Shown: positions 25,290 through 38,579, counted from the first letter of the stretch. The stretch is DNA of 64,000 nt from Octopus sinensis (GCF_006345805.1 NC_042998.1:109244001-109308000), one strand, 5' to 3'. Notes: generated from the sequence alone by a model not told the origin. Translations and numbers: made by a program.

Positions 25290-26340
25290 CGGACAGATAT
25301 AGATAGACGGACAGATATAGATAGACAGGCAGATATAGCGGCATAACTACAGATGTGTACCCCACCCAAATTTGTTGCCTCATAACTTCCAGAAACTGTA
25401 TACTTTTTAACAAAATTTTCAACAAATACCATTTAGATACCATTTAGATACCAGAGCATATAAGGAATTACGGGAAAGAATTTTTTCATGGGGGTGGGTA
25501 AAGGAGTTTCGGAAAATTCACACAATCCGAATTTTTCCCTCATAACTTTCCCGAAAATGGATATCTTTTCATGAAATTTTACACAAATACCTTTCAAATG
25601 GCATAGATTACGATTATAAAGAAATTTGTGGGGAAAATTTGTTCCGAGTTGATGGGGAGAGGAGTTTCAAAAAAATGGAGCTTTGGATCAGGAAACCCAA
25701 ATAAGTTGCAGCCACTCCATTTTGACAGGAATTTTTACAATTTTTTAACTACAGCCTTCGAAATGATGGGGAGGTATATCTTTTTATAAAAAAAAGATTT
25801 TGAAATTTTTGTAGAACCCCGCCTCCTCATCATCGCACTTAGGACCAATTTTGGCCAATTTTTTTGTACTTTGAAGCCATGGCAGGAGCCTTTTTGGTAA
25901 AAAAATATTTTTAAAATTGTTAATATTTTCAGAGGAAAAAGAGAGTGATTTAAGGGAGATTTGGCAGTCGCTTCTAGCACATCCTAGGACAACCCGCCTC
26001 GTTTCTTTCTCATTGTCGAATATATAGAAGTTTTCCAATATTTTTTTCCCCATGAATACATTATATGATATAAAAAGAATGTGAAAAATTATGATTATTT
26101 TGCAATCTCACTCCCAGCCTCCAGTTGTTTCTGTTTATAATTTAAAACATGGGAGAGCCTGAAAAGGTCATTGCTGGAATTTATCCACAAATTTAAATTA
26201 CAATTTCTTTTTTTTTTGTTGCTTATATCCCACCAATGGACTACACGTGCATTACGTCAGCAGTATCATTCCACAAAATGTGTTTAATAGAAGAGAAATA
26301 CTGAGAAAAAAAAATCAATACTTGCAACGATGTGAGAGTG
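25112..26340 (-). mobile_element. Non-autonomous Helitron-like element with (GATA/GACA)n and two 160-bp internal tandem units
   Basis: Minus-strand 3' end has hairpin acctg-agtgtaac-caggt then CTTG|T (CTAG variant). Tandem units starting cctcataactt at 25378 and 25538. The right boundary is uncertain. Confidence 0.5.
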
Positions 26341-26804
26341 AAAATGGAGGGTAGTTCAGGATGTGCTAGAAACAACAGCTAAATCTCTATTGATTCGTAC
26401 ACCTTTTCCTCTGAAAATATTTATTTTTTACCGAAAAAGCTCCTTCCATGCTTTTTATTTCTTTAATTAATTTATCATAGTTGTTTGCAAATAATGAATT
26501 AAAACTTGAAATGAAAACAATAAAGCAATAAGTGAGAGACTTTACAAATGAAAACAAAAAAAATTGCTGTTGCTATGTCAATACTGGAAGTGGTCGTTGA
26601 AAAACCTTTTCAAAGAAGTGAATCATATATATAAAAGCAATATTATTTATTTTAATAAAAAAATAAACTGAAGATCCTATTTTGTATCCAAGGTCAAATT
26701 ATTCATGCATCCCAAGTATGGAAGTAATTCACATAGCTGTTTTTGCATGAAAAGTGAACACACATACACACACAGGTATATTTTATATAAGAAGATATAT
26801 ATAC

Positions 26805-26847
<43 letters not shown>

Positions 26848-26854
26848 TATATAT

Positions 26855-26920
<66 letters not shown>

Positions 26921-26924
26921 ATAT

Positions 26925-27014
<90 letters not shown>

Positions 27015-27416
27015 TTGTATGTATATGCCCACATGTACATATAGGATATTCTTTATAAATCTCAGTTTCCTCCCTTCTGTCATAAGCACCAACTAGAACT
27101 TCTTTGAATCTACAACTAGCAAAGAATTCTTTTAGTATCCATATCTTCCTCCAGATTGTCTTTTATCTCTGAATCCATCAAGCTGTTTCTCTGATGTCAC
27201 AAATCATTAATCTTTGTTGAGTGTTGCATTCTTCAGTAAGGAGAAACTTTGAACTTATAACCATCTCCTATTTCCTGGTGAAAATAAATTCTGCCTGGCT
27301 TATGTGTTCACCTGAATGAGTATGTAACTGATCAATTTTCTGTAGTTTTCGTTGTGGATAGTTAAATCATTGGTATCATATGTTTCCAATAGCATTGATT
27401 CTAACTCAATCTTTGT

Positions 27417-27457
<41 letters not shown>

Positions 27458-27494
27458 TTTAACATACGTCCATTGTCCATGCTAGCATGATATA

Positions 27495-27544
<50 letters not shown>

Positions 27545-27697
27545 GGGAGAGAGGGGGAGAGAGAAATTCTGCACATGTTAAGAAATGTTTACAAGTAAAA
27601 TGTTTTCATAGATATATGTTTTCACCATATATTCTAACTATAGAAAATAGTCTAATATTGGGGCATCATAAATCTACAATGGAAGAAAAATAGGTAT

Positions 27698-27770
27698 TAG
27701 TACATGTGGGAACTGAACCCACATCTCTTATTTTTACAATGAGTGTGCTACCAATTACACCAACATACCC
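27698..27770 (-). pseudogene. tRNA-like sequence (tRNA pseudogene or SINE head)
   Basis: Minus strand has A box TGGTGTAATTGG, B box GGTTCAGTTCC, T-stem gtggg/cccac and a partial acceptor stem. The anticodon arm is degenerate. Confidence 0.6.
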
Positions 27771-28261
27771 ATCCATTAAATATAGGAACTATGATTTCAT
27801 GGCATGAAGTGTGTAAACATGTGCATATTCTGTTTAAGTTAAGAAACAGTAATGAGTGAAAACCTTTCCTAAGTGTAATTATAAATTTTCACTGTATATA
27901 TTGACAATAAAAATAGTCTAACATTTGAGCATATAAACCCACGACTGTTGAAATGGGTATTAGTACATGTGAGAATTGGACCCACACCTCTTATTTTCAA
28001 TTGCCATGTGTACTAATGCCCATTTTTTTCTGTCATGTTTTTATATGCCCCAATATTAGACTGCCAATAAATATGGTGAAAATGAATAACATTATGAGAC
28101 AAGGACACAAGCCAGTAAATAATGCAAGGAGTGAAAGAAGCAAAGCACATGACTGAAAAAGGCTAGAAATTAAAAGCACAAAACAACATTGCAAGAAGTG
28201 TACAAGGGAAAAAATGATATGCCAATGAAGAAATTGATAAAAGTCTACTGTTTTGGGTGAT

Positions 28262-28305
<44 letters not shown>

Positions 28306-28310
28306 AAGGT

Positions 28311-28530
28311 TGTAAGCTAGCAGAATAGTTAGTATGCAGGACAAAATGCTTAGTAACATTTCTTCTGACTTTACATCTTAAGTTCAAATTCTGCCAAGGT
28401 CAGCATTGCCTTTCATCCCTTCAGGGTCAATAAAACGCATACCAGTTACACTCAGGGGTTGATGTAATTGACTAGCTCTCTCTCTCTCCCAATCTTTCAG
28501 ACCTTTGCCTAAAATAGAGAGAACATATTT
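28311..28530 (+). mobile_element. SINE family B
   Basis: agctagcagaatagttag...agttcaaattctgccaaggtcagcattgcctttcatcc. Confidence 0.75.
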
Positions 28531-28708
28531 GAATGCAAGATGATCCCATTCTGAAAAATTCTTTTGTATGGCCAACAAAAAGAGGGGGTCTGCAGCAAGA
28601 CCCATCCTTAGGTATAAGAAAAGGTTGAAATAATTACAAAAATCCCTACACCTTAGTTTAACATCATATTGCCCTGATTGATCTAAGTTGTGTAAAATTT
28701 GTCACAAT

Positions 28709-29118
28709 GCGCAGGAGTGGCTGTGGGGTAAGTAGCTTGCTTACCAACCACATGGTTCCGGGTTCAGTCCCACTGTGTGGCACTTTGGGCAAGTGTCTTC
28801 TACTATAGCCTCAGGCCAACCAAAGCCTTGTGAGTGGATTTGGGAGACGGAAACTGAAAAACCCTGTCATATATATGTACCTATATGTATATGTATGTGT
28901 GTGTGTGTATATGTTTGTGTGTCTGTGTTTGTCTCCCCAACATCGCTTGACAACCAATGCTGGTGTGTTTACATCACCATAACTTAGCGGTTCAGCAAAA
29001 GAGACCAATAGAATAAGTACTAGGCTTACAAAGAATAAGTCCTGGGGTCGATTTGCTTGACTGAAGGCGGTGCTCCAGCATAGCCACGTCAAATGACTGA
29101 AACAAGTAAAAGAGAGAG
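28709..29118 (+). mobile_element. Full-length tRNA-derived SINE family A with internal (TA/TG)n
   Basis: A box tggctgtgggg, B box ggttcagtccc, body ...aacttagcggttcagcaaaagagacc..., end caaatgactgaaacaagtaaaaga. Multiple copies in the window. Confidence 0.9.
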
Positions 29119-29382
29119 TATGCATCTAAACAATTTTAGTTGGAGAAACAGAACAATAAAAGAACTATATCCTGCAATCAACAGATATATTTGTCTGATC
29201 CCAAATAAAATCAAAATCACTATTGTCCCCAGTATGACTTCATAGTAAAATCCATATCTGGACTTAAATTACATTCACAGATCCATCACAAATAGATGTG
29301 GCTTCTTTTATTATTAATCCTTTCCTTTTTATAAAAATCCTTTCCTTCAAACACTCATACATTGAAGCTAATTAGAGTGACA

Positions 29383-29420
<38 letters not shown>

Positions 29421-29469
29421 CATTATTAAAATTATTATTATTATTATTATTATTAAGGTGGCAAAATGT

Positions 29470-29715
29470 GGTGAGCTGGTAGAATTGTTAGCATGCCAGA
29501 CAAAATGATTTGAGCATTTCATTTGTCTTTATGTTCAAATGAAAACTTATGTTGAAATTTTGCCAAGGTCACCTTTACCTTTCATCCTTTTGGGGTTGAG
29601 GAAATGAGTGACAGTTGTGCACTGGGATCGATGTCATTGGCTAGCCCCCTCCCTATACAATTTGAGGCTTTGTGCCTATAGTAGAAAAGATTATGATTAT
29701 TATTATTATTATTTT
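29470..29715 (+). mobile_element. SINE family B
   Basis: ggtgagctggtagaattgttagca...cctttcatccttttggggttga...tgtgcctatagtagaaaag with ATT tail. Confidence 0.75.
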
Positions 29716-29719
29716 CTCT

Positions 29720-30310
29720 TTATCACAGGTTTTGTTGGAGTCTCTGGAATCTTGCATGTGTAGCGGGCTTACTACATGCAGCCTACAGTACCATGCTATT
29801 CATTCTTTTCAACTATATAATACTTTCCTGATTATTCTGGCCGTTCTAAAGAGGCAAACTTTCTGTAACAATTCTGCTGAGCTCTCTATTCCAATTTCTT
29901 TTATATTTTTCATGATGACTTCTGATAATTGATGCAATTTTCACCTTCTTCATTTTCCATAGCCAGGCTATTTTGTACTTAAGAAGGTTTTATCTATCTA
30001 TCTTTTTACCTTCCTTCTTGACTATTCATAGGCCAAAGGGGCATGCAATGTCAACTATATAACATATGTGGTGCACCTTGTCCACCACCACTAGGTCTGG
30101 TCTGTTATGCTCTAGCACCTGATCTGTTTGGATTGGGAAATTCCAGAGGATTTTGCTAGTCTCCAGCTTTGCTACTCACTGCAGTTTGTGCTCATACCAC
30201 ATCTTGCTTCTCTCTAACCCGCACTTTTCACACATTTTCCAATGTAACACTTTTGCTAGCTGGTTGTGTCACCACAACTTGTAGTGGTTTTGGGCAAGTC
30301 TAGGGCATTT
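29720..30310 (-). mobile_element. R4/Dong-like RLE endonuclease domain and 3' end
   Basis: Minus strand reads CPRLAQNHYK..HNQLAKVLHW...KILWNFPIQTDQVLEHNRPDLVVVDK...YIVDIACP...KKEGKK...LLQKVCLFRTARIIRKVL, a PD-(D/E)xK-type RLE. Confidence 0.9.
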
Positions 30311-31066
30311 GTTCATATTATTATCTTTATCATTATTTTCATTAGCATCTTCTTTATATTCTGTTTCCATTTCTTGCCGAGTGTCTTCCTGATACCTAGG
30401 GCAGAGAAACGTACTGTACACATCATTATTATTATTATTATTATTATCATCATCATCATCATCATCATCATCCTCATCATCATCATCATTATTATTATTT
30501 CTTATTAGTCTCCTCCTGTTCCTTGATAAAGAGTACTACCTGGAATATTAGTTTCTCTTTTGTTTCTTTCGTGGCATATTTATTGCCATTGTACACTTCT
30601 TTGACTGTTGCTTCTTCTCTTTATGTCTCTATGCTTCTTCTGCTGTGTAAATTGTTTGTCTTTATATATTATTTGTTTGTTTGTCACCTCCTTGCTTCAT
30701 AATCTTCTTCATTTTACTTGTGTGATTTTTAACTGTCAGTCCATCTATCCATTTATCTGCTAACTCTCATGCTCTCTCTTGCTCTCTCAATTCTGTATGT
30801 GTGTGGTTGTGTATGTGTATATGTGTGTTTATACACAGAGAAGGAGAGAGTGAGACAGAGACAGAAATAAATAGATAGGTGGATGGAAAGCTGGCTGGAT
30901 GGATATTCAACATTCATTGAAAACAACTGTTTGAATTTCTATGCACTGAGCTCAGACTGAAAATAGATGACAAAAGATGTGAGAAGCAGTGGTGAAGGTT
31001 GATTTCATGAGGAGATGACAAAGAAACATTGTTCAAAACATGCAAGTTTGAAAAAATAGGCATAAA

Positions 31067-31101
<35 letters not shown>

Positions 31102-31476
31102 AATGATCATCATCATAATCATCATTATCATCATCATGACAATGATAACAAACTTCCATATAAGCCAAGTGCAGATGAAATAAGTATAATATGAAATGAA
31201 ATGAAATGAAATGAATATGAATATCTTAGGTATAACAATTTAAAATATATTATACGACAGTTATAGATTGTGTTTATATTTGTGTACATATCTAGATCTC
31301 TGTGTTTATATATATGTGTGTGTAGAGAGAGAGAGAGACAGAGAGAGAAAGAGAAAGAGAGAGAGTGAGATAGATAGGTACATAGAGAGATACACATACA
31401 TGCACACACACATACACTCATATATATATATATATAAAGAGAGAGAGAGGGAGGGAGGGAGGGAGAGAGCGAGAGA

Positions 31477-32230
31477 GGGAGAATTTACAAAAAAAGACAA
31501 AAGACAAAGATAGGTGTGTAAACAACAAACAGATGTATTAGTTTAACACTCGGGAAGTGAGAAAGTCTTTTACGTTTCGAGCCCATGCTCTTCGACAGAA
31601 AGGAACACAGAAATAAACAGGGAGAGAAAATAGAAAAAGGTTTAGCAGCTAGCGATCTATTATGGTAAATGCCGGACAGAGGGGTCACACAGAAGAACTA
31701 GGAAGAAGGGAAGATAATAAAGTAGTGGTGATCCCAAAACGAAGATGCGCGTGCATGTGTTTGTGATAGCGTGAATGTGCATGTGGAAGGGGGCTGGTGA
31801 CATTGACGTGTGCATGAGTGCATGTGTAGGTGTGTGGATGATGGTGTAGGTGCCAGGAAGTGGTCAGTGCTAGTGTTTGCAGGGTGGTGTGATGTGGTGT
31901 GGTGTAGTATGGTGGTGTGTGGTGTGGTGGTGTTGGGGTAGGGGAGGCGATAGTGGGGAAGTAAGGGTGGGTCTAAGGGATGGGGTGGGGGTGGGATAGG
32001 ATGTATAGGGATGGTGGGGTTGGATTGTGTAGGAGTGGGGTAATGAGGAAGGGGGTGACGATGAAGGGAGAGGTTGGAAGGGAGAAGGTGGGTAGGAGTG
32101 AAGAGAGAAGAGAGGTGGGTGGGAGGAAGTAGGTGTGAGAGGAAGAAAGGAGAGAGGAGGAGGGTTAGATGAAGTGGGGAGGAGAGTTGAGCCCATGTGG
32201 TGCAAAGGAGCAAAGAGAGAGACTGACATT
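31477..32230 (-). mobile_element. Penelope pLTR-like element carrying the minimal hammerhead and a G-rich low-complexity segment
   Basis: Unique sequence next to a (GA)n tract with a hammerhead motif. The P/H/T-rich ORFs are compositional. Confidence 0.45.
31567..31602 (-). ncRNA. Minimal type I hammerhead-like motif (core CUGUCGA variant, GUA triplet)
   Basis: Minus strand: CUUU-CUGUCGA-A-GAGC(augg)GCUC-GAAA-CG-UA-AAAG. Stem III is the palindrome ACGU. Confidence 0.6.
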
Positions 32231-33070
32231 CTGTTTAGAGGATATGTTGGCCTGTCTACTTAGCCAGCAGAATGGCATTATTTGAAAGCTTTAACAGTGT
32301 AAAGAAGCACATTGCCACCAGCTGTGTATAAAACATCTGACAGTCAGGTCAATAGAGTGATACAGTGATATACATATACATGTGTGTGTGTGTGTGCACG
32401 TGTGTGTGTGCACGTGTGTTGTGTCAGTTCTCGAATGAATGCCACTTACAATGTAATCCAATTTAACTTGTATCATGGCTGAGTCATTAGCAACTAGGCT
32501 TTCCCCAACTAGTATAGCCTATCGCAAGAATATCTGTAGAGAAGAACAAGACATGTAGAATGTCAAATGAACTCAGTGTAGAGTTAATGACTATCTTGCA
32601 ACATAATGTGGTCACAAAGTACTTTTATATACTACAGTAGGTTATGTTGCCCTTTAGTTATACTATTTAACATCATAGTACCTTATGAGACAAATAACCA
32701 GTATTATCTGTGCTGGTCTTTGAAATCCTTAAGAAATTAGGGCATAGCAACATATGCAAATTTGAAGACTTAGAAACATAGTCACAAGCCTGCTCATTAG
32801 GTAACAGAAAATTTATCTGAACAATGTTATCCTGAACTATAGGAGTTAGAAGAATTGGGTGGAAACCCCTATGTCTGAGTAACCTTATTTATAAAGAAAA
32901 CAATGTTCTCTCATTAAAAGTTATCGCCAAGCTAATATGGCAGTCCATAAATATAAGACTAAAGCTGCCATTGATTAGCTCCAAGAGGCCATCACCTCTA
33001 GCTAGCTATATGACCCATGAACCTTTGTCCATTATAACCTTCAAACAGGGGAGGTCAGCCGGGTCAGGCA

Positions 33071-33113
33071 TCTGCAGACATGTTTCAGGGTATTTGCCCT
33101 TTATCAATGCAGA
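33071..33113 (-). ncRNA. Minimal type I hammerhead with U3-A8 core (UUGAUAA), GUC triplet
   Basis: Minus strand: UCUGCA-UUGAUAA-AGGG(caaaua)CCCU-GAAA-CAUG-UC-UGCAGA. Stem I is 6 bp and stem III is the palindrome ACAUGU. Confidence 0.7.
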
Positions 33114-33489
33114 GTAGCCACACCCAGCAGGCATCATTGCTGACCGTCTGTTCGAAGGATTATTTACCTAATTTCAGCAGAAAACATCCACTGGTTTTCA
33201 AAAATAGAAATATTATGTTCTCTCAAATTACTGAAAAGAGACCAGGAAAGAGAGTGCAAGATAGGTGGCAAAGAAAATAGTTCCAACTATTACTGGTAGC
33301 ACAAAAATGGTGAGTGGGGAATATGTACACCTCTGCTCTCATACAACAGAAAAAGCTAAGGAAATAGTGCCATAGTTAAAGGGTAAAAGTGGGTTGGATA
33401 TTAAGAAAATAAGTTGCTTAAGGAGGCTTGACAGATAAAGATTGGATGCAATGGCAAAGACATTAATCATATACTATTAGGACCTTGTT

Positions 33490-35690
33490 TTTTCTGAAAT
33501 GGATAGATCTTCCCTAGCACAGTGAATCACTATTCATCTCAGTTCTTTGTCATTTTCTTTGTGGGGCTCAACAACCTGAGGTTGGTCTTCATTATTTTGT
33601 CCCATATCTTCCTCGGTATACTGCTTCTACATATTCCAGTCACATTTAATGATCGGCATTTCTTTATGCAGCAGTCCTTATCCATGCACATCTCATGACC
33701 ATACCAGGGCAGTTTTCTATCATATACACCATACCTGATGCATCACATGCTGTTTTTTTTTTATCTTACTATATTTTCACTTAGTTATAAATGCAAAATG
33801 ACATTGCACATCCAGCAGAACATTTTCCTTAGCTTTATTTCTTTCTAGTCTTCACATGTCCTCTACATTCATGGCCTATGTTTCCCTAATATGTAGCACT
33901 GCTGTTCATATGCAAGTATCATACAATCTGCTTTTCACTTCATAGAGAGGACTTTTATTACAAACAAAGGTAATAACTCTCTGAACTTTTCCCAGCTGGT
34001 TTCTGTTGTAGCAACAATATACTTTCAGAACATTCTCCTCCAATTCAAATTAGGTTACCTGTGTAACAGAAACTATAAACTACCTCTAAGTACCCCCCTG
34101 GGCATTTGAGAAATTCTATTTCTCCGCTAATCCAGTAAATCCATTGTACTTCTTATGTGTTCACAGTATGCACTGGATATACTGTATGGAATTACTACCT
34201 ACAATTTTCCTACCTACTGAACAGGACCATTTTGCTGAAGGAATTAACATACTGTCTTACTATGACTTTGGTCTTTTCTAAGTAAACCCTATGCCCTTTG
34301 ATTTCAGGTTTTGCCACCACACCTGGAATTTCTTTTCTAAATCTACTACAAATACAGCTATAAGAACAAGCTCATCAGCATAGAGGGGTTCACAAGGCAA
34401 CTGGTCTTAAACTCCTTTCATATGGCCTGGAGGACCATGATAAATAGGAGCCATTGTGAACTCCTACCTGTTCACTAAATTTATCACTATATCTCATTAA
34501 CTCTCACATTATTGAGAGTATCTCTGTATATAGCTCACACCAGCCATTCAACTACTCTTAGCTTCTGCTGCAACCATCAAATCAGAATGTGAAGAAATCT
34601 GTTGAAGGCTTTCTCTAGGTCAACAAAAGTTATATACAGCAGTTTACTTTTGTCTGAATGCTTTTCTTGCAGTTACTTTACTAAGAAGTAGTACTTCCCC
34701 ATGGCACATAATCAAATCATATCTCATCTAGTCTAACTCTTTTACTAATTAGTTAAACTATAGCTTTTTCTGCAGCTTTCAAGACTTGGTCCAGCAATTT
34801 GATACCTCTGTAATTATTTCTCTCTAAAGCATCTCCATTACTCTTGTAACAGTTGGCTATAATGCTGCTGTACCAATCATTGGAGATTATACCTTACTGT
34901 GCTAGTTGATTAACTGTACAAGTGACTAGGCTATATTTTAAATATTTTAAACAACTCAATAATAATTTCTGATGAGCCAAAGATTTTCTGTCTTTATATC
35001 CTTAATTGCTGTATCTATCATACTGCTATCAACTTCAATGATTGGTTCCTCTGCTACGTCAACATTTAGAAGACTGTCTTTCTCCCATGCTCTCTCCACA
35101 TTTAGTAGCCTTTCATAGTAGCACTTCCATGCCTCTTTCTTTTCAGAAACACTAAGTGCAAGTGTATCATTAACCATCTATACACATTTCTCTCCCACAA
35201 TGTCTCAATTTTCACTGATACCCTTACTCGCTATCCAGAACACCTTATGCCTTTGGTCCTCCACTGCAGAACATTGATAAACCACTTCCTCTTTTTGCTT
35301 CTTCCTTTGCTGTATATTCTTATAAACTAGCTTCCCTTCTGGCTACCTCCAATCTTCCAATCTTTTCAAGTGTATCTCTTTGCTTTTATGGCTCTATCTA
35401 CTTCACTGATCTACTACCGTGTCACCCTTGGACTGGCTGGAATTTGCATCAGTCACAGATTTGGTTTGTAGCCTTCAGTAAGTCATCTAAAAAGAATTTT
35501 CAGTTTTTCTCTCTGTTATGTTTCTGTCTCCTATTCATTCTCATCAAATGCTTCAATTACAGTTTCTCTAAATCTTTGTCTGTTCAGTAGATCTTCTTTA
35601 ACCTTTCATATCTTTCTTTCCCAGACTGGCTTGTGTCTCTAAGTCCTTTCAGTCTGAAGTCACTAGCCACTAACCTATGTTAGGTAGAAC
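33490..35690 (-). mobile_element. Decayed RTE-clade LINE, RT region to C-terminus
   Basis: Minus strand: KKEAWKCYYERLLN (ORF 34956-35177), ERNNYRGIKLLDQVLK, FVDLEKAFNR, LYADELVL, FCY.G, YGHEMCMD, PRKIW. Many disablements. Confidence 0.88.
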
Positions 35691-35903
35691 ATATAATAAC
35701 CACCATCATCTTCATCATCTTAATATCCCCATTTCCATGCTTGCATGGGTGAGACAGAATTCATTGAAACATTCCCTACGGGCAGCTGTCCACCCTATTT
35801 TCTACACTTATCTGTTTCCTCATAGCCAACCATCACTCGATATTTAGAAAAAGTACATACAAACGCGCGCGCATGCACACACACTCTCACACACACACAT
35901 ACA

Positions 35904-35934
<31 letters not shown>

Positions 35935-35954
35935 GAAATACACATATGTGTGTC

Positions 35955-36120
35955 TATAAGATGGGCTTCTTTCAGTTTCTGTCTTCTACATCCACTTATA
36001 TGACTTGGGTGGTTTGGGGCTATAGAAGATATTTACGTAAAATGCCAGTCACTGGATTGAACACAAAGCCACATGGCTGAGAAGCAAGCTTCTTAAACAC
36101 ACAATCATGTCTGTGCCAAC
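35955..36120 (-). mobile_element. 5' part of SINE family A
   Basis: The reverse complement matches the head and body of the 28709 copy (aagaagcttgcttctcagccatgtgg...). Confidence 0.65.
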
Positions 36121-37791
36121 ATACACACACACATACACACGTGCACACACACACACACACATACACACACACGATAGTAGTTTTTTTATTAATATATTCA
36201 AAAAAGGATCGACAGTCTTCCCAAGTCATAGGTTCAGAAGGCCAGTTTCCCAGATTTAGTGGCATATATGTATACTTACAATCATGAGTGCAACACCCTA
36301 ATCACTAAGCCATGTGCCCCCATATGAATATATTAGTATCTATAAAACAACCATAGACACACTAGATAATTCCTATTGTTTTATAAATATGAATGTACTA
36401 GTGTTTATAAAGCAATAAGAGTTAACTTATTATGTGTCTGTTTTTGATTTTATGGTCTCACAATTTCAGGCCCTGCTTAAAAATTATCTGCACCATCTAG
36501 AATGAAGGAGAGCCCACAGAGAGCAATGATAGCCTACAAAATAGGTTAACTTATAAGCCTGAGTAAAGATTGATTTAGCTTCTCATGTTACTTAAAGTTT
36601 CCTGGACATAAAAAAGACATAAAAAGAATATGATCAGCCCCTCAAACATTTGGTGACAAATGGGAGAAAAAGCAAGTTGGATTCTTTCTTACAAGGACAA
36701 CTTAACTCCCATTTGTAAGTTAGGTCATGTTGTTGTAGTGATAATTCAGCATGTTGTTTTGTCAATGAAATGTGGTATTAATACATCAGCAATATTACTG
36801 CTGGTGGCATTGGGTGGTAAGAAGTGACTTCTATGTTACAGAGAGTGATCAACATCTGGTAATCTATGGCCACGTAGGTGTAGTGATATCTTAGTAACAA
36901 CAAATGACTGCCATTTGGTGATCAATATGTGATGCTCGATGAGAATGTAGGAGGAGCGTCTGCTGAATCATTGAAACGCAAGAATATTGGCAATGATTTC
37001 TGTACAGACAACAAGCATAGTATAGCCCGAGTGGGTGGTGTATTGGGACAAACCGTGGTGGGGGAGGGTAGTGGTTTGAAATACATTAAAAGTGCATATC
37101 TTCTATGACAGTAATATGAAATGTCAGTCTTTCTGGTAATGAATACTGCAGGATGTTGTAGAATGTGTAGCTTTCTGAGAGGTCTTTTCAGAGGTTTATA
37201 TGCAAATCAATTTTTATGTAGCCCTGTGCCCCTATGATGATAAGAACAAATGAGAATCTGTAGCCCGGGTATAAGAAATATAAAGTTCTCATCGGCTTTT
37301 CATAGATGTTCTGTTCCCCAGTGAACAGAGCATGATTCACATTGTCTGAGTTCAACTGATCAAAGGAAAAGTAAAAGTTTATAATACATTTTAGGAGCTC
37401 CTCATTTGAGGTACCTGGGTAAGCATATCCTCATAACCACATATATATATGGAATATACATACACCCATAAAAGTAATGAAATATGCACACTTGTGTGAT
37501 GGAAGTTTTTCAACACACTTATATGTGCATACCTCAATTAAGCACATAACCACAAACTTTAAGAACTGTCTTGACTTGAACAAAAGAGCCTTTCTGCTTT
37601 GATAGTGATTCATTTGAATTCAGCAAAGGAAAGGACTTAAAATAAATTCCATACAAACATATGTGTGAGTGTGAGTGTGTATAAATCATATATTTTTAAT
37701 ATTGTGTGTGTATGGATGTAATTAAGTTTTTAGTAAACATCCTTATATAATTATATTTCCATTTAAATTTCTATTTCTGTAAATCTCTTCA

Positions 37792-37833
<42 letters not shown>

Positions 37834-38268
37834 GCATACATACATATATATATATATATACATAATGCATATATACATATATATTTATGCATACATACAT
37901 ATATATACATGCATACTTACATATATACATATGTCTATGTATGTATATATATATATATATTATATATATAAGGCAAACATCTCAAGTCATATACATTATT
38001 TTTTTCCCAGTAATAATAATGTATATGACTTGAGATGTGTTGCCTTGCCTTAACGTTTCTTGTCCTCTTTAACAATTATATATCTGCTATATCGGAAATC
38101 TGCAATGGCTCCATAACTACCATATTGGGTATAACCTTGGAGCTCTAGTAATCCATTACAGCACTTACCTAGTATATCTAATTGTTTAGATCACCTGTGA
38201 ACTAAACCCTCAATATTTCACACACACACAAACACACACACACACACACACGCACACACACACACACA

Positions 38269-38299
<31 letters not shown>

Positions 38300-38340
38300 C
38301 ATACATATATATATAGGCATACATACATATATATATGTAT

Positions 38341-38496
38341 GGAGTGGCTGTGTGGTAAGTAGCTTGCTTACCAGCCAGATGGTTCGGTGTTCAGTCCCAC
38401 TGCATGGCATCGTGGGCAAGTGTCTTCTACTATAACCTCAGGCCAACCAAAGCCTTGTGAGTGGATTTGGTTGACCAAAACTGAAAGAAAGATGTC

Positions 38497-38579
<83 letters not shown>

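Noticed and set aside
31698-32229. 171-aa and 119-aa Pro/His/Thr-rich ORFs
   Set aside because: They come from C-rich low-complexity DNA with non-ATG starts and no recognisable domain.
36480-37440. GC-richer unique block, possible exon or PLE remnant
   Set aside because: No sustained open frame or identifiable motif by eye. Left unclassified.
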